Source of the DNA: Antedon mediterranea | Taxonomy: Eukaryota > Animalia > Echinodermata | Reading direction: 5' to 3' | NCBI RefSeq assembly: GCF_964355755.1 | Contig: NC_092671.1 | Location: 38,140,304 to 38,204,303 of the forward strand | Length of the DNA stretch: 64,000 nt | Shown here: in pieces, positions 1-11,750 of the stretch | Numbering within the stretch: position 1 is the first letter of the stretch | Layout of the letters: the number at the start of each line of letters is the position of its first letter | Made by a program: the position numbers and the translations under genes | Notes under the pieces: model-generated | The model's input: only the letters and a program-made list of their open reading frames with translations | The model's database searches: none | Told to the model about the DNA's origin: nothing

Positions 1-634
1 ATTTGGAGCTCGAATTAATTTTAAAGTCTAACAAAGACTAACTGATGACAAAAAACGAACATTTGGAAAATGATCAGCATACAGTACCAAAGAAGTTGAC
101 GGTAGAATAGATTGTTGTTGATAGCAACCAAAACGAAAACACTAGTAATTAGACTAGGCCTTTTTTAGGGAGGAGATGCACTTTTCAGGGATTCCTTACT
201 GTACATTAGTACCCCAAATTGAAAACTTCAGATTCATGTACAGAAATAATAATTATATGTATGCAATAAATTGTGAAATATTTAACTTTTCTATTTGACT
301 TTTGTATTTATACATCATTGTTTTTCAATTTATAGACTTAAGCTAATGAAGACTGGAACAGAAGTTACACCCATACAGCATTTTAAAGGCAACTGGCAGT
401 AGACTCGGTAGTGAAACACAAGATAAATATTGGATGACTATCATAAAGCATTAGGCAAATGTGTTGGTTGTTTTCCAGCTTTTAAAATGTTGTATAGTTT
501 TCATAATTAGAGCAATAACATTTGTATACAGCATTAAATAAATAAAAAATACTACTACAGTACATGAGATAAAATCACCATAATTTTAATGTGTGAAGAT
601 TTACAGTACAGTACAGTAAAAAATGAGTTAATTA

Positions 635-871
635 CTAGTATATTTCATTGAATTTCTGCATTATTGTTGACAATTTATTTTCAACTATTAATTGATGTGT
701 TGATTGTGGCATTACAGCAATAGCTTGTCTTCTGTGATTGTTCATCCATTTTAAAGTGTCATAGTAAGAAACGTTCAAATAAATATTGTGAATGTTGCTA
801 CCACATTTTGTGTTGATTTCTTCACCATTTTCCACTACTTGCTCATATTGTTCATTCAAGCGTGTTAATAC
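635..871 (-). other. Possible coding exon or ORF remnant of unknown identity (VLTRLNEQYEQVVENGEE...KFNEIY*)
   Basis: Open frame begins after a TAG acceptor (~872); a strong GTAAGT donor lies upstream at ~1781. No recognisable domain; may belong to the transposon whose end is at ~2166. Confidence 0.25.
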
Positions 872-1979
872 CTATTAAAAGAAAGACATTATTTATTAAA
901 ATATGTACATAAAAAGTTTAATTGTGTGAATGTTGGTTTGAACGTTATTGCTTTGGAAGAATTTTCAACATAACGGTACTAAGTACTGTAAAGTACACAT
1001 TCCAAAAAATATTCAACTTAGATTATTTGGTCATTTTCTCTAAAATAATTACATTATTGGATGTACAGTATAGGCCTAGTTACAATTTTCACAAATTTAT
1101 ATTAGCATTAAAATCTAATTAATCATGAAGGAAAAACCAAGCACCATAATCTCTCCTGGCCCTGGTGGTGACCTTATTTTCGATTTTTGGCAGCCATTCA
1201 CAAGTTTTCGCTTTTTGAGTTTCGCTGCTCTTATGTATAATTTTTTTTAATCACAAACTCTACATAGAAAAGAAAATTAAATGTTTTAAAATGAATGAAA
1301 AGTGATATGAATAATGAAAAATTAAAGACTATTATTAATATTATAGTATTATACTATTACTAAAAATAAAACGAGTTGGTGGGTGTCGAAATTCACACAA
1401 GTCACAATAAAACCATGGAGGTATAAAATATTTTATTTTTATACCTCCATGCTAAAACCTTATTCCTTACTCCATGCTCACAGATGAATGTTATAGGCCT
1501 AATCCTATTTAAAGCTAGGTTGGCAATAACTATTAATAAGGCTTACAAGTTGTATCTATTAGTATTAGCTAGGCCTGCTACTCACTCAGGGTGAACCCTC
1601 ACTCAGGCCTACAACTAGGCCTAGTACTACTACCACTACTAGACTAGCTACTACTCTAGGCCTAGCCTAGCCAATAGATAGGGGATAGTACACTAGATAG
1701 CCAGTACAGCTGTAATGGGCTAGCTAGGCTTCCTATACTAACTAACAAAGCTGCACCATAGAAACTACAGTTCTTACTTACCAATCTGCTAGGGCCTAGC
1801 CATAGTCTTTTCTTCAAGTAGGAGTTGTTTTTTTTGTTGTTAAACTACAGAACTTTCCCACATCGTCGTCTCGCCATATCACGTCGTATTTTTTTTCTGA
1901 TGACCTAGAGGTCACATACACGCGCAAGAATCATACAATATGCATAATTCATAAGCTAATTCAGGTCAAGGGTTAAATT

Positions 1980-2170
1980 AAACCGGAAGCCAGCTGGCTG
2001 CCAGCCAACCGACTTCCGGTTGACTATTTTTTACTTTAAATTACGATTTTCTAAGGTAAATAATTTTTTTTTTGATCCAATTTTTTTTCAAAGTGAATAA
2101 CTTTTATGTATCATTAAAATGGCCTTTAAAAAAAAAAAAATTTTTGTTCAGGGGGACAATACATCTTTAA
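1980..2170. mobile_element. Right terminus of a Kolobok-like DNA transposon
   Basis: Ends ...GGGGACAATACATCT|TTAA, the same terminus as the MITE at 43597-43917; internal aaccggaag...cttccggtt inverted pair. TTAA flank plus AG start suggests Kolobok. Confidence 0.45.
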
Positions 2171-2476
2171 GAAATTGACCTTTGTATCGGAATTCAAATA
2201 GGTTCACAAACTTGACCCAGAAAGTCCAAAGGAGAGTTTGTCCAGATGTTTTAATGACCATTTAGTTTATAATAGAATCCCTAAAGAAAACACTTAGCTT
2301 AATTTTGTGACTTTTCCCATCGTTAAACCAGGAGTGATCGACACTATTTAAGTACAGATTTGACAGTGTCATCCATCACAGAAATACCTTATTGTACCGT
2401 TAATCACTCCCACTTAAACACCCCTGGACCAACTTAGGACCAATCGTTACCCTCACAGATATTACGTAGTGACATA

Positions 2477-2731
2477 TGTAAATGAACCGAAGCAAATATA
2501 CTCCCAAGTTTCAGAAGGGCCCAGACACACCTCACAGCCACTTCTTCAGAAGCAGACCTACACACTTCACACCTCACCGACAGCATCAATCATTGATCGT
2601 CCGTTCCTTATCTATACTTATAGTTGTATATTGTACTGAAGTATTATACTGAATAAACAATATATGTGTTACGACAGTCAAGCGAGTCAGAGTCTTCATT
2701 AGTACCTCAACAACCCAAACATTATATTACA
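2477..2731 (+). mobile_element. Possible LTR remnant
   Basis: TGTAA...TTACA termini with internal AATAAA (~2652); no matching target-site duplication found. Confidence 0.25.
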
Positions 2732-2734
2732 GTA

Positions 2735-3250
2735 AATGTTACTCGTGAGGCTAACCACCGAGCTACTGTCAATGTCATCATATTCATTGTTGTGACATTG
2801 TGATGACATTTGTGTCATCAACTGAGATAAAAGGTCGTGCGTTGACTCATTTATTTGTTGAGCAGCATTCGTCTCTTTAACCTGCTGCTCAACCAACCGC
2901 TCAAGGTTTTCAACCCTAGCCTCATAGTTCAGGCCTACTCCGACCTGTTGATTAGGCTGCAGCACGTTAGTGCATGATTGCCCGGCGATAGCAACGGCAT
3001 CGCTGTTGCTATGCATATTACCTTCTTTAGGAGGCCTAGTAATAGTACAGCTAGACCCCGCCTTCCTGGCCTTTTTGGTGGGCTTAGCCACCGTATGCTG
3101 TACAAGTGGAGTTGTAGCTGCAAATGTTACATTTCCAGCAGCAATCTCCAGCACATCTTCTTGTATTGCAAGTGATTTTCGTTCCATGATCGTTCGGGTG
3201 CACGCCGTCTCCAAACGATGGCGCCGATATGAGGGTGCGCGTGCGCGTCG
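2735..3250 (-). pseudogene. GC-richer ORF fragment with coiled-coil character, possibly a retroelement gag/ORF1 remnant
   Basis: Part of ORF 2699..3337 (MERKSLAIQ...YEARVENLERLVEQQVKE...); lies between the LTR-like segment and the LINE 3' end; no diagnostic motif. Confidence 0.3.
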
Positions 3251-3433
3251 GGATCTCAGTTTACAGCGAACGTATATGAAATAAAATATAAAATGGATAC
3301 AGTACATAAAATATAAAATACGATAAAAAAAAGCCATACAAAATATACATATAAAATCCTCGATTTAAAATACTACAAAAAATAAAACTAGCGCATAAAA
3401 TACGATTATACGATTATATAATGAATGATATTA

Positions 3434-5161
3434 TCATTCATTATATAATCGTATAGCGGCAGGGACGAATGAATTGCCATATCTATTTGTTTTAATTTTT
3501 CTTTGAAGGAGTCTGTCACAACGTTGACTTTTGTTAAATTTATAGTGCAGAGGATGAGCGTGGTCTTTTAAAATAATTTTCAATTTTTTAATTACTAATT
3601 CCTTATATAAAACTTCAGGTTGAATTTGTTCAGAGCCTACTATTCTACTGCCTTGTTTAACTATTTTATTAAGTAAAAGTCTATCTTTAAAACGTGAATT
3701 ACCATAATAACATATTAGGCAAAAACTAAGTACACTGTTTAAGATAGAAGTATAAAAAAGTTGTAAAATAGTACGGTCAATCTTAAAAGAGTTTAATTTG
3801 CGTAGAAAGAAGAGACGTTTTTGTAATTTATTGTATATGCACCTACTTATTTGCATCAAATTTAAGTTTATTATCAATTTCAACCCCTAAATATTTGTAA
3901 GTTTTAACTTCCGGAATGGTCTCACCATTGATTTTGATCTTGGGAAGGTAGTTTATCTTCTTCCGAAAATCAAAAACCATCTCTTTAGTTTTATTTATAT
4001 TTAGATCTAAAAAATTATCTTTACACCATTTGTGAAAAATATTAATACTGTCTAAGAAGCCTGTCATTGAATCATCTTTTGAATCCAGATAACCAATCAG
4101 AGCAGTGTCGTCTGCATATTTAATATAATCTCAGTTTTTGTATTATTTGACTTACAATCATTTGTGTATATTGTATACAATAAAGGTGATAACACACAAC
4201 CTTGTGGAACACCCGTGTTAACTTTCAACAACGAGGACAACGTGTGATTAAGCTTAACACGCTGTTCTCTATCTTTTAAAAAATTAAGTAGCCATTTTAT
4301 AATCAGTGGGTTAACTTCTAAATCGATAAGCTTATTAGCCAGAACATATGGTTGAATATTATTGAATGCACTAGAGAAATCAACAAAAAGAATTCTCGCA
4401 AAGCAACCTTTTTTCTCTAGGTGCTCAGAAACATTATTAAGGAGCAGAAGCACTGCATCATCAACACACCTGTTTGGACGATATGCAAATTGATTTATAT
4501 CTAGCAGATTCTCCACTGAGGCAACTAGCTTACTTTTAACAATTTTTTCTAAACACTTCATTGGTACACATGTAAGGGCCACAGGTCTAAGGTCATTCAT
4601 TTCCTTGGGATTTGGTTTTTTGGGAATGGGCATGATTGTTGATTTTTTCCACAACATTGGAACTATTGAGTCATTTACAGAGGATTGAAAAAGTTTACAA
4701 AAAGGAATGGCCAACTGATCGGCACACATTTTAAGAGTCTTACAACTAATATTATCGGGACCTTTTGCCTTACGTGGGTTAAGTCTTTTAAATAATAAGT
4801 TCACTTCGTCCACAGTGATTTGAAAATGTTCCGGGGGTACCGGCAGTTCATCAACGCGTTTTGTTGTTTCCCTCATGTTCAAGTCAACGTCCACTTTATC
4901 AAATCTGTTGTAGAAGGCATTTAAATCATTTGCATATTTCTTTTCATTGTCAACAACAACACCCTTTGCCTTCGGTTTATAACCAGTAATATTCTGCAAA
5001 CCTTGCCACACCTTAGATGAGTCACGATTTCGGAAGGACCTTTCAATTTTATTTTTATATTCCTTTTTGCATTCAATAATTTTCCGCTTGATTTGCTTCT
5101 GTATATCTTTTCGCTTCTCTTTCTCTCCGTCATAAAAACATTTCTTATATAGAAAAAACAT
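3434..5161 (-). mobile_element. 5'-truncated, frameshifted non-LTR retrotransposon ORF2 (reverse transcriptase), Rex1/Babar-like (CR1/L2 group)
   Basis: RT motifs DLRPVALT, QFAYR, FVDFSSAFN, GVPQGCVLSPLLYTIYTNDC; KYADDT in a shifted frame at ~4107-4121; YKYLG; C-terminus HPLH...NSFVPAAIRLYN. Split across three ORFs by two frameshifts. Confidence 0.92.
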
Positions 5162-6429
5162 ATAGTTTTTACATGATTATACAGTATATTGAGTAATTGG
5201 TCAAATGTTTTGCCCTACTCTGACGTAAGTTGTACTTTATACTTGTCCGGTGGCAGGAGGGGGGGGGGGGGTATCACGAATATGGAAGGGAAGGTAATCG
5301 ATCAGGATAGGAAGCGTTTTCGAGATATAAGGGGTCAAAGTTCAAAATTGACCAATTACAACAATGTATTATGTATATGTATTATAACAAATTTATTGAA
5401 GCATAATTTGGTCTTTTATTACATTTTCAAGATTATAGGTGTCTATTTAATCATCTTATGAAAAAAAACATCCCTTTGTGATTAAGGGTCAAATGTCAAT
5501 ATTCACCAATCATAGAACGTCGGCAGCCAAGGGGTTTAACCTTGCAATGTTTTCTATAGTTTTTTTTTTGTATGGATTTTGATTCTCGATATCATCAGAA
5601 TGAAGATTTTTTTTACTGGATGGCTGTCAGCATTGAGCAATTTGCATAATTAGCATAGACAAAATGGCCGCTATTTTTTTTATATAACATGCTATATCTC
5701 TGGAAATACTGGACGTAATGAGATAATTTTGGTGTCAAATTGTTCACAATGTATATATTTATATTAGATCTAACTTCCTTTGTAAAATTGACTGGAAACC
5801 CCATTTTTAGCAATTTTGACCTTTGACCTCTATTGGCTATATCTAAGTAACTGCAGGTCGGAGAGAATTAAAAATAGGAGCAAATTGTTCCCAAGATATA
5901 CATTATATTCAGTGTAACAGATGATATTGCTTGAAAATGACCTGAAGTGTGGTTATTGACCTTTGACATAATTGAATAAGGTTATAACAACATAAATTAA
6001 TAAATATTTGTCTTTGGGAGCCAATTTTTGTTTCAAATTATTCACAATATATATGTTTATACTTGCCATAATGCAACATTTTTTTTCAAAAAGTGACTGA
6101 AACACATGTAATTTTAACCTTTGACCTGTTTTTCTCATTCAGGTATCCATGTATCTCTAATTAAACGAAATGTACGCCTCATAGAAAATCCAGAAGTTAC
6201 CCCTGGTTCATTTTGTTAAATCCATATGGGTTCCTTTTAAAATGATTGAGGGTGCACAGACAGGCTTTTCCCATGGCTTAATCTTGGAACCTACAGTTTT
6301 AATTACCCGATATATTTCTAACACAGTGGCTTAAATGTAGCCAAATGCATTGATCCGATACAGGAACCAAATGTAGAACATACAGTAGAGAACCACAGAA
6401 GGGTCTAAATAGATGACCTGCTGTTGTTT

Positions 6430-7080
6430 CATTTTAGGCAAGATCCATATGGGTTTCTTAAGGATCGAGAGTGCACAGGTAGCTTTATTCCATGTGCCTG
6501 TCTATATAAACCCACATTGTCACCCCTTATATTTCAATTATGGGGCTTAATGTCCATGGAGGACCGGCCCTTGGGTTAATTTGGGAAAATCCATATAAGT
6601 GTTCCTTAAGGATTGAGAGTGCACAGGCAGCTTTATTGCATGGGCCCCGCCTGTCTATTAACCCACAGTGTCACCCCTCATATGTCGATTATGGGGCTTA
6701 TAATGTCCATCCATGGAGGACCGGCCCTTGGGGGTTATTTTGGGCAAATCCATAAATTTTCCTTAAGGATTGAGAGTGTACAGGCAGCTTTATTCCATGG
6801 GCCGCGCCTGTCTATATGAACTCACAGTGTCACCCCTTATATTTCCATTATGGGGCTTAATGTCCATCCATGGAGGATGACCGGCCCTTGGGTTAATTTG
6901 GGCAAATCCATAAATGTTCATTATGGATGATCGAGAGTGCACAGATGATTATATCTCTATGAACCCACATACAGTATTTCAAATATAGGGTCTCTTGTAG
7001 CCCCACATAGAGAACCCCGAAAAGTCCATGAAGGTCGGCCCTTGGGTTCATTTGGGCAAATCCATAAATGTTATTTAAAG
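6430..7080. repeat. Tandem repeat, ~150-160-bp unit, about 4 diverged copies
   Basis: gagagtgcacag...caccccttat...tatggggcttaatgtccat...ggcccttggg...ggcaaatccata recurs at ~6467, 6615, 6772, 6933. Confidence 0.85.
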
Positions 7081-7638
7081 ATTGATGGTGCAAATTTAGT
7101 TTTATTCTATAGCTCATCTATGAACTTTTTGCCCCATATTAATTTATAATACAGGGCCTTATGTAGCACATCACCAGGGAAGGGTTAAGTATATACATGT
7201 ATAGAGTTTCCAAAAGGGTCCTTATAGAGGATTTATTCGGGCAAATCTATATGGGTTATTTTAGAATCTTTTGTGTATTCTTTCCCGTATGGGCCAAACT
7301 ATCTGTGGCTATATAAAAATTGTGGTCTGTCTGTGTAGTGAGTTGTGGATTGAGTTTGGCCACCTGGATCTGCCTATGCCCTATCCTGTGGATGAATTGG
7401 TATTCTCTGGTTCTGATGTATAGTAGTTTATTTTCCAAAAACGAATATTGTAGCCCTAATAAATGCAACTGTATAGTGGCAAATCATTGAAGGTCAGCGC
7501 AACATTTTAACATCATAACATTTTAACAGTCATAATATTATTTTTATTATTTATTTTACAGTATTATAATACATTTAAAATAATGCGCACTAGAAAAAAT
7601 ACCATAACTTCACTGATCAAATAACGATCGATCTCATA

Positions 7639-7952
7639 GTGAGTGAGTGACCGAGCGGTTAAGACAGTGGAACCGTAATTACGTAGCCATAACATCGGCA
7701 AGGGTTCGAGGCTCACTCACTCCATGGTTCTGGTGGTAGAACGAGTCTTCTCGGATAAGGACTATAAACCGTAGGTCCAGTGTACACAACTAGCTCGTGT
7801 GCACTTTAAAGAACCTAGTACATCTTTCGAGACGAGTAGGGGGTTACCCCGGTGTATTAGTACATCACAGCCACTGATCACCAACTGGGTCCTCTGGGAG
7901 ATCAGTCTTTGACTGAAGAGGTCACCCAGTATAAAAATGAACAAACAAACAA
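7639..7952 (+). mobile_element. tRNA-derived SINE with Deu/Nin-like central domain
   Basis: A box TGACCGAGCGG, B box GGTTCGAGGC, head stem gtgagtgag/ctcactcac; core gtcttctcggataaggactataaaccgtaggtcc...ttaaagaacc...gagtagggggttaccccggtgt resembles the DeuSINE/Nin core; (ACAA)n tail. Confidence 0.85.
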
Positions 7953-10118
7953 ATAGTTTGAATAACTTTGCATTATTTAGTATTATCACTTGTTCAAATG
8001 TTGACCTTTGACCTATGTCAACTGGTGTAATGATGAATGTGCTCCGTTGATTGTGTATGATTGATGTCTTAACAGAATGATAAAACATAACATTTTGTCT
8101 TAAATTTTAGTTTTTATTTGTTTTTTTATGCAAATATTGTGATTGGTCAATATTGACATTTGACCTTTAATTGCAAAGTATTTGTTTTATAAGGCGAATG
8201 AATAGATACCTATAACCATACAAATGTATTAAAAGACCAAATTGAAATTCAATAAATTGGTTATAATACATATGTATATAATACATTGTTATAATTAGTC
8301 AATTTTGAACTTTGACCCTTATCTCTTCCTATTCGCTTCCTGTCATGATCGAAGTCTCATTTGCGTAAATACGGTACAGTATTATAATTATATTAATCAA
8401 AATTATAATGAAATAACATAACTTTATCAAATAATTTACTTTTACTTGTAAAACCATCAATATCATAGTTTGGACAACTTTGCATTTATTTGTTAACTAA
8501 TACGCGTATTAAAATGTTGACCTTTGACCTTATGTCAACTGATGAAATTTACCTTATGTCAACTGATGAAATGATGTATTCACTCTTTTACATTGCGTAT
8601 GACTGATTAACAGGATGAGAAAACATCCAATTTTTATTAAATTTTAGTTTTATTTTGATTTTATAGGTACGTACGTATGATTGGTCAATATTGACATTTG
8701 ACCCTTAATCACAAAGGATTTTTTTTTCATAAGGTGATTGAATAGACACCTATAATCATAAAAATATTAGTTAGTTAATTAGTTAGTGCGGCAATGTTTT
8801 TAGACAATTTTAATGTGTGTACTTTCAGCCAAAGTTTCAAGCCATTTATGAGTTTGACAATAAAGTTTATTGAATATTGAATTGAATTGAAAAACTGTAA
8901 TAAAAGACCAAATTGTGCTTCAATAAATTTGTTATAATACATTTACATAACATTGTTGTAATTGGTCAATTTTGAACTTTGACCCCTTATATCTCGAAAA
9001 CGCTTCCTATCCTGATCGATTAGGCCTACCTTCCATATTCGTAATCTACGGAAAATTCTGGTCTAGAAAAGTTGGATGGCAATTTGTCCCCTTTCTGGTG
9101 GTGATTCCCCCTCCTGCCACCGGACTATTAGGACATTGAGAATACAGTACTTGCAAAAACAAATGTAATTACAGTATATTGACAAATCAATACATTTGTA
9201 AAATTAGCCATAGCTGTTTAATAAAATATTTCTGATGCCTGAAACATTGTGGTTTTATCATTTCCGTTTTCGGTAAGCCATCAATTTTCTACAATCTATA
9301 TTAGAGCCTGGACGAAATCTGATAATCGAGAATTGGGCATGACTATGTATAAGCTCCAGTGGTCTAATGGTTAGGATATCTGTATATCAAGAAGAAGCTT
9401 AGTTTCAAGTTTGAATTTCTTTTTCTCATTCTTTTTTTTTTAGCCAAGCTAAGAAGCTAAACCCAGTCAAGGAAGCCCTTCAACAGTCGGACAAAATGAA
9501 TTAATTAATATTCAGTTTATCACCAGGACGATTTAGAATTTGTATCAAATCTACCGCACTTAGTGGCCACATCTCTTAAAGCATTCATTGGAGATGCCTG
9601 CAACAAACAAAAACACATTAATACTGTGTGTAAAGGAAAAATGATCATATACCAGTATGAACAATTATGAGATACAAAAACATGATTATTTCATCTTCAA
9701 TTGTCCAGCTTTATATTTATATATGTGGATATGTAATAACAACATGACAGCAAAGAGCTAAATAAAAAAATAAATGTTATTTGCGGTACACCACGTGGTG
9801 GTACTGCTGCAACGTGATGTATCGCAAACTTTATATCAACATTGGTTTCGCCATGCAAACCTTCAAATAATATAAATTTGATACTGTATACTCATGAAAA
9901 TGACAAATTTAAATATATCATAAATATGGTACTGCTGCACTATTTGATGAAATATGTATCTATTTTATAAAATACTATCAAAGAGAAACAAACTTTCAGT
10001 TTCAGTACAATTGTGTATGACAAACAATATCAAAACCAGGACGTAAAACTATTTGCAATTATTAAATCAACTGCAGACACACATTTTGCATAAAACGACA
10101 CGACGACAATTTTCTCAC

Positions 10119-11459
10119 ATGCTGACAATAACTATGTCTAAAACCACCAATGCTGTAGGCCTATGTATTTATATATTTTTCAATGCAAGTTATATGTCAA
10201 CACAGCAGCAGCAACAAAATATTGATTGTGATTCACCTGATAATTACTTTTTTGTTGGAAAAACACTATTCACTAAATGTTATGTTATTAAGTGTAACAA
10301 TTGTGTAAAGTATTATCAGTTAAAGAAGAATTTATGTTTATTGGATGAAGCACGTATTCATATTTCTAATAAAACGTTTTATGACCATTGTGAAATTGAG
10401 ATCAAAATAGCCGATTTGAGCATTTCTGACAATGGTTTGTACAGCATTCTCATAACTCGTCATGATAATGTTACAGAAGAATCCAGACCATTTAATGTGA
10501 GTGTTTTTCCACAACCTGCACCACAGTGCTCATCTGACAAACAATATTGTGTTGGTGAGTGCAACGTCACTGTACAATGTCGTATTTTCTCTTATCCAGA
10601 TCTTGTACTCCAACGTTTGGGGCAGATGAATATTGAAAATACGACGAAAGGGTATAATCATACATCAGGAAATGATACTTTATTCGAAAGACAAATTTAT
10701 GTCACAGACATGGTGCAATTTGCATGTGTTGTAGAAGTGAAATTTGCACCTTATACTTGCACAGTCGATGTATCAATAAAAAGTAGATTGAATGTTTCTT
10801 TAACACCAGGAAATCTGATGGAAGGTGACAATGCAGTTTTAAGTTGTTCTTTACCAAATAACAATGATGTCACTGAGGTTGAGTACATATGGGAATCATT
10901 CCCTGAAATTGACATGATTAACAATAGTAACACATTAACAATACTCAATGTAACTGCTGGTTTAAACGGGACAGAAGTAAGATGCACCGTAAGACTAGGT
11001 AATTATTCAGAGGGTTCAGCAACGACGATACTGAATGTTGACGTCCTGGATCGTGATCAAGTTCATCCTGATGTCTCAACAATGCAAATTCAAACCACAT
11101 CAAACAATAGCAGTGAATCCGATGATGATCTGATATATAACCTGTTGGTAATTTGTTCAATAATGTCGGGAATCATCACTATTGTCTTTCTCATTTGCAT
11201 AAAAAAATATATCAAAATTCCCAAAAAGTATGTTCCAGTGGGTAAGATTTCGGCTCTTGCCAGCAACGACGATGGAACGTTCTTTGCGATGGAGCTTGAA
11301 GTGGAAGCTCCGGCTTCCCTCTCCAAGCAACTCAAATGTAACTTATCACAACAGTTTGCCAGTTATCAACAACCAGGCTCTGTAGTATTGCTGACTGAAC
11401 CACATGGTGGAGAGCGACGACAGGACGATACCTTACCACCAATACCACAAACAGAGTAA
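10119..11459 (+). CDS. Intronless immunoglobulin-superfamily type-I membrane protein (2-3 Ig-like domains, one TM helix, ~85-aa tail)
   Basis: 468-codon ORF in very AT-rich DNA; Ig motifs IADLSISDNGLYSI and EGDNAVLSC...YIW...LTILNVTAGLNGTEVRC; many N-x-S/T sites; TM LIYNLLVICSIMSGIITIVFLICI followed by KK. First ATGs at 10119 and 10134. Confidence 0.8.
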   Translation: MLTITMSKTTNAVGLCIYIFFNASYMSTQQQQQNIDCDSPDNYFFVGKTLFTKCYVIKCNNCVKYYQLKKNLCLLDEARIHISNKTFYDHCEIEIKIADLSISDNGLYSILITRHDNVTEESRPFNVSVFPQPAPQCSSDKQYCVGECNVTVQCRIFSYPDLVLQRLGQMNIENTTKGYNHTSGNDTLFERQIYVTDMVQFACVVEVKFAPYTCTVDVSIKSRLNVSLTPGNLMEGDNAVLSCSLPNNNDVTEVEYIWESFPEIDMINNSNTLTILNVTAGLNGTEVRCTVRLGNYSEGSATTILNVDVLDRDQVHPDVSTMQIQTTSNNSSESDDDLIYNLLVICSIMSGIITIVFLICIKKYIKIPKKYVPVGKISALASNDDGTFFAMELEVEAPASLSKQLKCNLSQQFASYQQPGSVVLLTEPHGGERRQDDTLPPIPQTE

Positions 11460-11599
11460 ACACATTTGTGTAATAGACTAAATTGAACACAAATTAGTTA
11501 TAAATTTGTCATTCAAAATGGACATGAAATGGCTTTAAATTTGGTAAGCCAGCTTTTTTGGTCAAGTGGTCGACATCCCTTATATCGAAATACGCTCAT

Positions 11600-11750
11600 C
11601 AAAATCTGTAATCACATTTAAAACTAAACTCAAAACTCATCTCTTCAGAGAAGCATAATCGCTACTATTTGCACAGATCTTGGAAAACATAGCGCTTTGA
11701 AACCTTTGTCTCTTGCGCTTTATAAATGTTATTTATTATTATTATTATAT
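11600..11750 (+). mobile_element. 3' end fragment of an L2/CR1-type LINE (or LINE-tailed SINE)
   Basis: Encodes FKTKLKTHLFREA*, then agcgctttga...gcgctttataaat and an (ATT)n tail. Confidence 0.7.

Larger units (their letters stand above)
5243..9127. mobile_element. ~3.9-kb non-autonomous DNA transposon with long inverted termini
   Basis: 5245-5510 (gtccggtggcaggaggggg...) is the reverse complement of ~8680-9125 (...cccctcctgccaccggacta); extra partial arm copy at ~8000-8350; no transposase ORF. Confidence 0.7.

Noticed and set aside
2505-2552. Additional hammerhead (minus CTGAAGA...GAAA)
   Set aside because: Stem II and stem I pairings and the UH cleavage site cannot be formed convincingly.
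7639-7725. Functional tRNA gene
   Set aside because: The anticodon arm does not fold and the sequence continues into a SINE core and tail.
9352-9420. tRNA gene (tggtctaatggttaggat...); similar sequence at ~16507-16560
   Set aside because: Only an A-box-like half is recognisable; no full cloverleaf or intact B box. At best a decayed SINE head.
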